Origin: Pseudomonadota bacterium
GTDB taxonomy: Bacteria > Pseudomonadota > Alphaproteobacteria > Rhizobiales > CALHAX01
DNA length: 24,204 bases
Direction: 5' to 3'
NCBI GenBank assembly: GCA_038534255.1
Contig: JBCAXC010000001.1
Span: 1-24,204, forward strand
Shown here: one piece after another, positions 8,266-16,903 of the stretch
Position numbering within the stretch: position 1 is the stretch's first letter
Layout: each line of letters begins with the position of its first letter
The notes under the pieces: generated by a model
Databases searched by the model: none
What the model saw: only the letters and a program-made list of their open reading frames with translations
Told to the model about the DNA's origin: nothing
Made by a program: the position numbers and the translations under genes

Positions 8266-11200
8266 ATGCCCTTCACGCCTGCCCCCGCCCGTGGCGTCAC
8301 CGCCGTTCTCGGGCCGACCAACACCGGCAAGACCCACCTCGCAATCGAACGCATGCTCGGCCACGAGAGCGGGCTCATCGGGCTTCCGCTGCGGCTGCTG
8401 GCGCGGGAGGTTTATGATCGGGTGGTGGCCCGCGTTGGCGCGGCGCAGGTTGCGTTGATCACAGGTGAAGAGAAGATCAAGCCGCCGCAGGCGCGTTACT
8501 GGATCTGCACTGTTGAAGCGATGCCGCAGACGCTCGATGTTGCGTTTGTTGCCATCGACGAAGTGCAGCTTGCGGCAGACCCCGAGCGCGGTCACGTGTT
8601 CACCAATCGCTTCCTGCACGCGCGAGGTACGCAGGAAACCTTGCTGCTCGGCTCCGATACGATGCGCAGTGTGATCTCCGATACGCTGCCGGGAGCGAAT
8701 TTCGTTGCGCGACCGCGGCTTTCCCAGCTGAGCTATGCGGGGCAAAAGAAGGTTTCCCGCCTGCCGCGACGGACGGCGATTGTCGCGTTCTCGGCAGCGG
8801 ACGTCTACGCCATCGCGGAGTTGATCCGGAGGCAACGTGGCGGGGCCGCCGTTGTGATGGGCGCACTCAGTCCACGGACCCGCAACGCGCAGGTGGAGCT
8901 CTATCAATCGGAGGAAGTCGACTTTCTCGTCGCGACGGACGCGATCGGGATGGGGCTCAACCTGAACGTTGGCCACGTGGCGTTTGCTGCGACGCGCAAG
9001 TTCGACGGCCAGCGGATGCGCAACCTCACACACTCTGAAATGGCACAGATCGCCGGGCGCGCCGGTCGTCATATGAATGACGGGACGTTCGGCGTCACCG
9101 GCGATACCGAGCCGTTCGAACAGGAAACCGTCGAAGCGCTTGAGAACCATACCTTCGAGCCGGTGAAGATGTTGCAGTGGCGCAATGCCAAACTGGATTA
9201 TTCTTCCGTTCCGGCCCTGAGAGCTTCGCTGAACGAGAGCCCGGGGCACGGGCGGCTGGCACGGGCGCGGACGGCGGATGATGTCATTACGCTCGAAGCG
9301 GCATTGCGCGACGATGACGTCTCGCGGCTCGCCGTCTCGCCAGCGGCCATCAAGCGGCTTTGGGAGGTCTGTCAGGTTCCGGACTATCGCAAGATCTCTG
9401 CGAGCACCCATGCAGAACTGGTCGTGACGCTCTACCGCCATTTGCTTTCACCGCAGGAAAAACTGCCGGAAGACTGGTTTGCCAAGCACGTGGCGCAGGC
9501 GGACCGGACCGACGGCGATATCGACACGCTGGCCACGCGGCTTGCCCACATGCGGACGTGGACGTTTATTGCGAACCGCGCTGACTGGCTGGACAATCCC
9601 GAGGGCTGGCAGCAGAAGACCCGCGAGATCGAAGACAAACTCTCCGACGCGCTGCACGATCAATTGACCCAGCGGTTCGTCGACCGCCGAACGAGTACGC
9701 TGATGAAAAGTCTCCGCGACAGTGACGAGCTGTTTGCCGAAATTTCCGACGACGGGGCGATCCACGTGGAGAAGCACTACGTCGGGCGACTGATGGGGCT
9801 GCGCTATATCGCGGACGCCGAGGCGGACGGGGCGATCGATGCGAAGGCGAGCCGGAACGCTGCGGCGCATGTGCTCTCGAAGGAACTTGTGATGCGGACA
9901 CGACGCATCGCGTCGGCGAAGGCGGATGCGTTTCGATTCGATGCAAGCGGTGGGGTGTTTTGGCGCGATCAGCAAATTGCGCGGCTTTCAGCGGGCGACA
10001 CACCGCTCGCGCCGCGGGTGAGTGTGCTTGCCGACGAACATCTGAGTGGCCCAGACAAGGAGAAGATCCAGGCGCGCCTCGATACGTGGATTCGTGATCT
10101 GGTGGATGAACGTGCCAAGCCGCTCGTGATGATGGCGGGCGCGAGTGACACAAGCGGCATGGCACGCGGCGTGGCATTTCAGCTGGTGGAAGCGTTCGGC
10201 ATCCTCAAGCGTGCTGACGTTTCGGATGATGTGCGGTCGATGGATCAGACATCTCGCGGGCAGTTGCGCCGGTTCGGTGTGCGCTTCGGGGCGTTCAACA
10301 TTTATTTTCCGGTTCTGCTGAAACCTGCGGCAACCGAACTGCTGGTGCTGCTCTGGCGGTTGAACGCGGCGAAGGGCGGAGAGAATTCCGATGTGCTGCC
10401 AACCTATGAGGCACCACGCGCCGGGCTGACCTCCGCTGCGGCGGACCCGGACGTGCCGGAAGCGTTTTATCGCGTTGCCGGGTATCACATCTGCGGACCG
10501 CGGATCGTGCGGGTCGATATGCTGGAGCGGCTTGCGGACATGATCCGCCCGCTGGTTGCATGGCGCAAGAAACCGGATGCGGCAGGCAATGAGGCGACTG
10601 CCGAAGGCAAAACGGAAAGCGAGAAGGCCGGGCAGGACGCCGCCCCTGCCGGCGCAACCGGTGATGGAGGCTTCACGGTTCAGGCCGACATGATGTCGAT
10701 CCTCGGGTGCTCGGCCGATGAGGTGGGGGCTATCCTGAGGTCGCTCGGCTTCCGCCTGGATCGTCGACAGCTGAAAGCGGAGAAAAAAGAACCGGAACCC
10801 GTAGCTGTTGAGACTGCGGCGAACGATGCTGCATCCGCGTCGACACCCGGGGATGCTCCGCAACCCGCAGCATCTGCTGCGACGGACGCGCAAGATGCGG
10901 GGGAGAGCGACAGCGTTCCATCCGATGACACTGCGGCCAACGCTGCGACCGCTGCAGAAGAAGGACCGACGTTCATCGACATCTGGCGGCCGGCACGTCA
11001 CGATAACCATCGCAACCGGAACCGCGCGCGGCAGTCTCAAGCCAATCGACGTCGCGGGGGACAACAGGGTGGCCAGAACGCGACAACGGATGGCGCAGCG
11101 GACGGCGCATCGGCCAACGCAACCAAACCCCATCGTGGTGCGCAACAGCGCAAAACGGGGGGTGAAGGAGGTCGCGGACGTGACCATGCGAAGCGCGGGC

Positions 11201-11406
11201 ACCGTCAAGACAATCGACGCGGAGATAAACGCCGCAACGACGTCAAGGCACCGGCAAAATTCTCCGCTTCTCCGCCTGCGAAGAAAAAGCGCGATCAGGC
11301 TGCTGACCCGGACTCACCTTTTGCAGCGCTCAGCAAGCTCAAGGCGCAGCTTGAAACAGGCTCAGAGACAGCGAGCAGCGACGGCGCCAACGATCAGGCG
11401 ACCTGA
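8266..11406 (+). CDS. Suv3/MgpS-like SF2 helicase with long low-complexity C-terminal tail, 1046 aa
   Basis: Walker A LGPTNTGKT, IGLPLRLLARE, Walker B IDEVQ, VATDAIGMGLNL and motif VI QIAGRAGR match the Suv3-like family. Confidence 0.92.
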   Translation: MPFTPAPARGVTAVLGPTNTGKTHLAIERMLGHESGLIGLPLRLLAREVYDRVVARVGAAQVALITGEEKIKPPQARYWICTVEAMPQTLDVAFVAIDEVQLAADPERGHVFTNRFLHARGTQETLLLGSDTMRSVISDTLPGANFVARPRLSQLSYAGQKKVSRLPRRTAIVAFSAADVYAIAELIRRQRGGAAVVMGALSPRTRNAQVELYQSEEVDFLVATDAIGMGLNLNVGHVAFAATRKFDGQRMRNLTHSEMAQIAGRAGRHMNDGTFGVTGDTEPFEQETVEALENHTFEPVKMLQWRNAKLDYSSVPALRASLNESPGHGRLARARTADDVITLEAALRDDDVSRLAVSPAAIKRLWEVCQVPDYRKISASTHAELVVTLYRHLLSPQEKLPEDWFAKHVAQADRTDGDIDTLATRLAHMRTWTFIANRADWLDNPEGWQQKTREIEDKLSDALHDQLTQRFVDRRTSTLMKSLRDSDELFAEISDDGAIHVEKHYVGRLMGLRYIADAEADGAIDAKASRNAAAHVLSKELVMRTRRIASAKADAFRFDASGGVFWRDQQIARLSAGDTPLAPRVSVLADEHLSGPDKEKIQARLDTWIRDLVDERAKPLVMMAGASDTSGMARGVAFQLVEAFGILKRADVSDDVRSMDQTSRGQLRRFGVRFGAFNIYFPVLLKPAATELLVLLWRLNAAKGGENSDVLPTYEAPRAGLTSAAADPDVPEAFYRVAGYHICGPRIVRVDMLERLADMIRPLVAWRKKPDAAGNEATAEGKTESEKAGQDAAPAGATGDGGFTVQADMMSILGCSADEVGAILRSLGFRLDRRQLKAEKKEPEPVAVETAANDAASASTPGDAPQPAASAATDAQDAGESDSVPSDDTAANAATAAEEGPTFIDIWRPARHDNHRNRNRARQSQANRRRGGQQGGQNATTDGAADGASANATKPHRGAQQRKTGGEGGRGRDHAKRGHRQDNRRGDKRRNDVKAPAKFSASPPAKKKRDQAADPDSPFAALSKLKAQLETGSETASSDGANDQAT

Positions 11407-11502
11407 AACCGGCGTCGATACAGCTTCCGGAGGGCGCGCCTTCTGACTGATGACAGCACAGACCAGGATGGCTCGGGCAAGCCGGGCACGGCATCGGACA
11501 CC

Positions 11503-11913
11503 ATGACCGACACGCCATCCGACACGGGCCCACAGCGGCTGGACAAGTGGCTGTTTTTTGCGCGCATCGTGAAGTCGCGCAGTCTGGCCAGCCGCCTCAT
11601 CACTTCGGGCAAAGTGCGCGTCAATCGCGTTGCGACAGACAAGCCGAGCCAAAACGTGCGGGCTGGCGACGTGTTGACGATGACGCTCAACCGTCGTTTG
11701 CGCATCCTCAAGATTGTCGCGCCCGGTGTGCGTCGTGGACCGGCCGAGGAAGCGCAACAGCTTTATGAAGATCTGACGCCGCCAGATACGGGCGCGGCAC
11801 CGGCCCGCGGACTTGTTCTCTCCACCCCGGTCGCGCGACGGCTGCCAGGTGAAGGCCGCCCCACCAAACGGGACCGGCGGATCACCGACAAGCTGCGCGG
11901 ACAGGACAGATGA
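11503..11913 (+). CDS. hslR: RNA-binding S4-domain protein (Hsp15/HslR-like ribosome-associated heat shock protein)
   Basis: RLDKWLFFARIVKSRSLA, RRG.AEEAQQLYEDL and GRPTKRDRR motifs. Confidence 0.85.
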   Translation: MTDTPSDTGPQRLDKWLFFARIVKSRSLASRLITSGKVRVNRVATDKPSQNVRAGDVLTMTLNRRLRILKIVAPGVRRGPAEEAQQLYEDLTPPDTGAAPARGLVLSTPVARRLPGEGRPTKRDRRITDKLRGQDR

Positions 11914-13163
11914 CGACGCTCTGTCGCGACTGCGGGCAGATTACCCCAGCGACCACAGACGGCGCGGTGCTGGCGCAATGCCCCAACTGCGGTTCGTCAA
12001 GACTGATCTCGCACCCGGAGCTTCTGGCGCTCGATATCGCGCATGTCGATTGTGACGCGTTCTATGCGTCCGTCGAAAAGCGGGATGATCCGTCGCTCCG
12101 CGACAAACCTCTGATCGTCGGGCATCCGGGCGGGCGCGGGGTTGTGACGACGGCCTGCTACATTGCGCGACAGTATGGACCGCGCTCGGCAATGCCGATG
12201 TTCAAGGCGCTCGAACTCTGTCCGCATGCGACAGTCGTCAAGCCGGACATGGCGAAATACAAGACCGTGAGCCAGCACATCCGGCGCATCTTTCACGATG
12301 CGACAGAGATTATCGAGCCGATCTCGCTGGACGAAGCCTATCTTGATCTCAGTGCATTGCGCGCGCTCGACGGTGTTCCGGCTGATGCGCTGGCAACGAT
12401 TGCGCACCGTGTTCGCAGCGAGGTTGGCATCACGGTGTCGATCGGCCTGTCGTACAATAAGTTCCTCGCCAAGCTCGCGTCTGATCTCGAAAAGCCGGAC
12501 GGCTTCTCGGTCATTGGCCGGGGAGAGGCACAAGCGTTCCTCAAGCCACTGTCCGTGCGCGAGATCAACGGGGTCGGATCGGCTACGGCGGCGCGGATGC
12601 ATGCACGCGGCATCGAGACGATTGGTCAGCTCCAGCGGATGTCGGAGATGGAGCTCACCGCGATCTTCGGCAAGTTCGGGCGCAGGCTGGCGGGCTACGT
12701 CCATGGCAACGATACCCGGGCGGTCACATCGCATCGCGCATCAAAGAGCGTTTCGGCAGAGACGACATTCTCCCGTGACATCAGCGATGGGGCCCGGCTC
12801 GTCGAGATGGTCGAGCCGTTGTGTGGCCGTGTTGCTGAACGACTGAGGCGCGGTGACGTTGCGGGCTCGACGGTGGTGCTAAAGCTAAAGACGCATGACT
12901 TCCAGATCCTCACGCGGAACCGGCAATTGCCTGCGCCCACCCAGCGCGCCGATGTGCTGCTTGAGACGGCACGCCATCTGATCCTTGCTGAGGCGGATGG
13001 GCGGGCGTTTCGGCTGGTCGGTGTCGGGGTTAGCGAGCTGGTCGATGCGATCGTCGCTGATCCACCCGATCTTTTTCGGGATGCCGATGCGGGCAGCGAG
13101 GACTTGCCGCCCGTGCATGAGGACGCTGCGACGCCATCTCACCAAGCTGACGAGTCGACGTAA
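11910..13163 (+). CDS. dinB: DNA polymerase IV (Y family), alphaproteobacterial type with N-terminal Cys4 ribbon, 417 aa
   Basis: HVDCDAFYASVEKRD, TACYIAR.YG.RSAMP, SLDEAYLDL, NKFLAKLASD..KPDG and little-finger domain KSVSAETTF. ATGA overlap with the upstream stop. Confidence 0.95.
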   Translation: MTTLCRDCGQITPATTDGAVLAQCPNCGSSRLISHPELLALDIAHVDCDAFYASVEKRDDPSLRDKPLIVGHPGGRGVVTTACYIARQYGPRSAMPMFKALELCPHATVVKPDMAKYKTVSQHIRRIFHDATEIIEPISLDEAYLDLSALRALDGVPADALATIAHRVRSEVGITVSIGLSYNKFLAKLASDLEKPDGFSVIGRGEAQAFLKPLSVREINGVGSATAARMHARGIETIGQLQRMSEMELTAIFGKFGRRLAGYVHGNDTRAVTSHRASKSVSAETTFSRDISDGARLVEMVEPLCGRVAERLRRGDVAGSTVVLKLKTHDFQILTRNRQLPAPTQRADVLLETARHLILAEADGRAFRLVGVGVSELVDAIVADPPDLFRDADAGSEDLPPVHEDAATPSHQADEST

Positions 13164-13165
13164 GG

Positions 13166-13252
13166 GGCGCCTCTTCAGTTACCGGCGCAGTGGCGCCTCC
13201 TTCAGTTACCGGCGCAGTGGCGCCTCCTTCAGTTACCGGCGCAGTGGCGCCT
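13166..13252. repeat. 27-bp tandem repeat, 3 copies plus a 7-nt partial copy
   Basis: Unit GGCGCCTCCTTCAGTTACCGGCGCAGT at 13166-13191 (one C missing), 13192-13218 and 13219-13245, then GGCGCCT at 13246-13252. No spacers. Confidence 0.95.
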
Positions 13253-13372
13253 TGGAAACGACGGGTGGGGCGATCGTCCAAGACCGAAGCTCACTGGGGT
13301 AAGCCTCGCACCGCATCTCCCCTCGGGAGACGAGATACGTTGTCAACCACTGCGCCGGAATTCTTCTCCCCG

Positions 13373-15016
13373 CTATCGGTTGGTGGCGGCGGTGAAGGCC
13401 ATGGTTGTCGAGACGCGTGTGAGGCGTCGACCGAACGCGGCTGTGGATGTCGCAACGTCTGCGTCGTCGTCCGTGGTATCTCCAGTCGCCGCTTTCCACG
13501 GTCCTGGCCGCTGATGATGCGGGCGCAGCGCTGCGACAGCCCGCATTCCGTTCCAGCCATCGCGTAGAGAGCCAGCCAGTTGATCCAGCGAGCCGTGATC
13601 AACATGCACGTCAGCGAAGGGATTGATCCCCATCGCAGCATAGGCAGCGCCATACGCGTTCTGCAGGGTGACGTGCGCCAGATCGAGTTTGACACGCGCA
13701 ACGAGCGTATTCATTTCCTCACGGATCGCGGTTTGCTCGCTCACCTTGCCGGCCGCGAGACTGCTGCGGATCTGGCGCAGGATGCGGACCTGAACATCCA
13801 TGAAGTGTCGCGCGGTGCGATATTTTTTCCGCGCATGGATGACGCGGATGCGGGCGATGTGCACTTGCGTCATCACCGCCATCGTGACTGCGAGGCCGCG
13901 CACGCGAAGCAGATCATCCCGCGCGGCGATCTCGGCCGCACGACCACGATAGCTGAAGACCTTCAGGAGGTTCCACGATGCCTGTGCGCCCCATGCGAGA
14001 TGGTGCTGGTTGAACAGGAAGGCGTTCGATGACCAGTTCGTCCCGGCGCTCAAGCCAACGGATGGCAGGATCTCGAGAATGGCCGCCGTTGCTTCTTCGC
14101 GGTTGATCCGCTTCTCGTACGCCACTTCGAGGAGTTCCGGACGCCGCTCCAGGGCACGCGAAACCATATCGTCAGCGGACAAGCCGATGTAGGGCGGCGG
14201 CTTCTGGTACGTCGGTATGACGACATGAAAATGCTTGCCCGGGCGCACGTTCATCAAGGCGGCGAGCTGGATCTTCGCGACGCCGAGGTCATCCTGCAAG
14301 CGCTGGATCTCACGCTTGATCTCAACCAACTCGCGCTCGAACGTAAGGGCGGTCAGCGGCGAGGCATCTCCGTCGGTCGCAAGCGAACGCGTATCACGCA
14401 GGGCGCGGGACACACGGCCCTCCAGTCTGCGCAGCCGCGTGATCAGTCGCTCTGCTGTCACCGCACGCCAGTAGGACGTGCGGACATCCTCGACGATGCG
14501 AAGCACGACGCGACGCTGGTTCTCGCGCGCGATCAATGCCTTGTCGGCAGCCTGACGGGCGCGCACGTAGGAGAGGCCAAAGTCGAGCACGTTCCAACTC
14601 AACTCAAGATCGGACGTGAACACATCACGCTCTGAGGATGTGGAAGGCGTATCGGCCTGGATCGGGCCGGTACCCAGGGGCAGGCGACGTGAACTGCCGC
14701 CGGAGTGGTTGTCCCGGTCGGCGTAACCGCTATCGACCACAAGGTTGGGCAGAAGAGAATAATGCGCGAGGCTGAGCTGGCGCTCACGCAGCGCGTGCTG
14801 GCGCGCCTCCACCCGACTGTCGAGATTGTAGCGGATCGCGCGGGACATCGCCTCGTAGAGATCGACGCGATGATTCACGACTTCCTGACCAGCGGTGACG
14901 CCGCCACGGACCTCATCGGCCAAGGTGGCGATCTCGATCTCGGTCAGCGGTTCGGGAAGGACGGCACAGCCGCCAAGTATCAGCGTGGTGCCAAGCACCC
15001 CAAGTGTTAAGCGCAT
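13373..15016 (-). CDS. TolC-family outer membrane efflux/secretion channel with lipoprotein signal
   Basis: Lipobox LGGC. Two OEP repeats (AMSRAIRYNL..LLPNL; SWNVLDFGLSYVRARQAAD; ALERRPEL; ILPSV; SWNLL). Start taken at ATG 15016 (GGAG 6 nt upstream); alternative start 15028. Confidence 0.88.
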   Translation of the reverse strand: MRLTLGVLGTTLILGGCAVLPEPLTEIEIATLADEVRGGVTAGQEVVNHRVDLYEAMSRAIRYNLDSRVEARQHALRERQLSLAHYSLLPNLVVDSGYADRDNHSGGSSRRLPLGTGPIQADTPSTSSERDVFTSDLELSWNVLDFGLSYVRARQAADKALIARENQRRVVLRIVEDVRTSYWRAVTAERLITRLRRLEGRVSRALRDTRSLATDGDASPLTALTFERELVEIKREIQRLQDDLGVAKIQLAALMNVRPGKHFHVVIPTYQKPPPYIGLSADDMVSRALERRPELLEVAYEKRINREEATAAILEILPSVGLSAGTNWSSNAFLFNQHHLAWGAQASWNLLKVFSYRGRAAEIAARDDLLRVRGLAVTMAVMTQVHIARIRVIHARKKYRTARHFMDVQVRILRQIRSSLAAGKVSEQTAIREEMNTLVARVKLDLAHVTLQNAYGAAYAAMGINPFADVHVDHGSLDQLAGSLRDGWNGMRAVAALRPHHQRPGPWKAATGDTTDDDADVATSTAAFGRRLTRVSTTMAFTAATNR

Positions 15017-15334
15017 GTACTGCTCCATGTATCGTCATTTCGCGTGGGAGACGCAGTACAATCCCGCATAGGTTGTGTGAGCAGACCATACGCTTAAGCG
15101 GACTGGTACAATGCATAGAAAATGCACGTATAGGGGGTTTTATTGGAACTTTGACGCCTATAGTTGCACTATGAGCACGAAATGCCTGTCGCCCAATTGC
15201 CCTGACGCCTTCCTCAGTCCGCGATGAAGCGCGATCTTTCGGCTTTGGCCCAACGACAGCCACAACGAAACGCCTTCAAAGCACGACAGTGATTCGCGTA
15301 TAGCGAGTGTCGCTTGCGTCGGCGCGAAAATGCG

Positions 15335-16903
15335 TCAGCCCATAAGGCTGGGCAACCAGTTCTCGTGCGCACTGCGGAGTGCGGCCAGTAACACCGCTTC
15401 ACCGTCGGGAAGCAGCAACGCGTCGCCCGTCGCCGTTCCGAGCAAGGTGGCGTCTTCGAGCGCGGCGTCACCGGAGACCGTGACCACAAAGCGGGCCTGG
15501 TCTTCACCGAACCACGCGGCGTGGGCCGAGCGGTTCCATTCGGTGCTCGTGAGATCGAAACCGGTTCCGCTTGCGAGGGCGAGTTCAGCGATCGCGACAA
15601 GCAATCCGCCATCGCTGATATCGTGAACGCCCGTGACGCGCCTATCCCGGATCAGACCATGAATGCGATCGCCGATGCGGCGTTCCTCGGCCAAGTCAAC
15701 GGGTGGCGGCGCGCCGTCAAAGCCGTCGCCACAGATATCCTGATAAATCGATTGACCGAGATGGGTTCCGGATCCGCCGATGAGCCACAGGCGATCGCCG
15801 TCGCGAACGGTGTCCATCCGGGCCATCCCACTGATATTGGTCGTGCCGACGACAGCGAAATCCAGCTCCCACTTGCGGAAGATCGCCTCGGCTTCGGCCT
15901 CCGTGCCTGGTTTCAGAACCATGAGCATCCGCTCCTGGCTCTCCGACAGCATCATCTCGTAGGCCGTCATACCCGTCTCGCGCTGCGGCACGTGATCGAG
16001 ATTGAGCGTGAATCCGACGCCGCCCTTGTCTGCCATCTCGACCGATGAGGAGGTGAGCCCGGCGGCGCCCATATCCTGGATTGCAATGATCGCGTCACGC
16101 GACATCAGCTCGAGACATGCCTCGAGGAGCAGCTTTTCGGTGAAGGGATCGCCAACCTGCACTGTGGGACGCTTTTCTTCTGAATCGTCATCGAACTCGG
16201 CGGAGGCCATTGTGGCGCCGTGGATGCCATCCCGCCCGGTCTTCGAGCCGACATAGACGACGGGCAGGCCGACCCCCTTCGCCGCGGAGTAAAAAATGCC
16301 ATCGGTCCTGGCGAGGCCAACGCACATCGCATTTACGAGGATGTTGTTGTTGTAACGCGGATCGAAATTCGTTTCACCGCCAATGGTCGGCACGCCGATG
16401 CAGTTGCCATATCCGCCAATGCCGGCCACGACGCCGGAGACCAGGTGACGGGTTTTTGGGTGATCTGGCGCGCCGAAACGCAAGGCGTTGAGATTCGCAA
16501 CGGGGCGGGCACCCATCGTGAAGACATCGCGCATGATGCCGCCAACGCCTGTCGCAGCGCCCTGATACGGCTCGATGAACGACGGGTGGTTGTGGCTTTC
16601 CATCTTGAAGACGGCGCAATCGCCATCGCCGAGATCGACGACGCCTGCATTCTCGCCCGGCCCTTGAATGACCTGTGGCCCTTCCGTCGGCAGGGTCTTT
16701 AGCCAGACTTTTGATGATTTGTACGAGCAGTGCTCCGACCACATCACGGAGAAAATTCCGAGCTCGGTGATCGACGGGGTCCGTCCCATGATCTCCAGAA
16801 CGCGCGCATACTCCTCATCCGAAAGCCCGTGCTCGGCGATGAGGGCCGGTGTGATCTCGGCAGGTGTCGGCGCGGCGTTAGCGCCGCTTGAGGTCGCACT
16901 CAT
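15335..16903 (-). CDS. purL: Phosphoribosylformylglycinamidine synthase subunit PurL with an in-frame internal deletion of about 200+ aa (522 aa; possible pseudogene or assembly error)
   Basis: Start at ATG 16903 with GGAG RBS. Intact N-half motifs [36 protein letters not shown]; C-end HDISDGG and [14 protein letters not shown] is joined directly to NISGMARM, and the expected WVWEQYD, TDNLNFGNP and SGNVSLYNE motifs are absent. Confidence 0.9.
   Translation of the reverse strand: MSATSSGANAAPTPAEITPALIAEHGLSDEEYARVLEIMGRTPSITELGIFSVMWSEHCSYKSSKVWLKTLPTEGPQVIQGPGENAGVVDLGDGDCAVFKMESHNHPSFIEPYQGAATGVGGIMRDVFTMGARPVANLNALRFGAPDHPKTRHLVSGVVAGIGGYGNCIGVPTIGGETNFDPRYNNNILVNAMCVGLARTDGIFYSAAKGVGLPVVYVGSKTGRDGIHGATMASAEFDDDSEEKRPTVQVGDPFTEKLLLEACLELMSRDAIIAIQDMGAAGLTSSSVEMADKGGVGFTLNLDHVPQRETGMTAYEMMLSESQERMLMVLKPGTEAEAEAIFRKWELDFAVVGTTNISGMARMDTVRDGDRLWLIGGSGTHLGQSIYQDICGDGFDGAPPPVDLAEERRIGDRIHGLIRDRRVTGVHDISDGGLLVAIAELALASGTGFDLTSTEWNRSAHAAWFGEDQARFVVTVSGDAALEDATLLGTATGDALLLPDGEAVLLAALRSAHENWLPSLMG

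Noticed and set aside
224-11208. Long antisense ORFs (224-1540, 2239-3522, 7963-9441, 9988-11208; likewise 19531-20544)
   Set aside because: Shadow ORFs of well-supported genes in GC-rich DNA, with Arg/Ala/Pro-rich translations and no family motifs.
11407-11909. Alphaproteobacterial LexA box (GTTC-N7-GTTC) upstream of dinB
   Set aside because: Only an isolated GTTC was found, with no correctly spaced second half.
13166-13252. CRISPR array or cuckoo (CCUCCUCCC) sRNA interpretation of the repeat
   Set aside because: The units are head-to-tail with no unique spacers and there are no cas genes. The motif is CCTCCTTC and lies in linkers rather than hairpin loops.
13030-13281. Minus-strand ORF with (GATAPVTEG)x3, and other short ORFs across the repeat
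   Set aside because: It overlaps dinB antisense, has no RBS or recognisable domain, and the peptide repeat simply reflects the 27-nt period.
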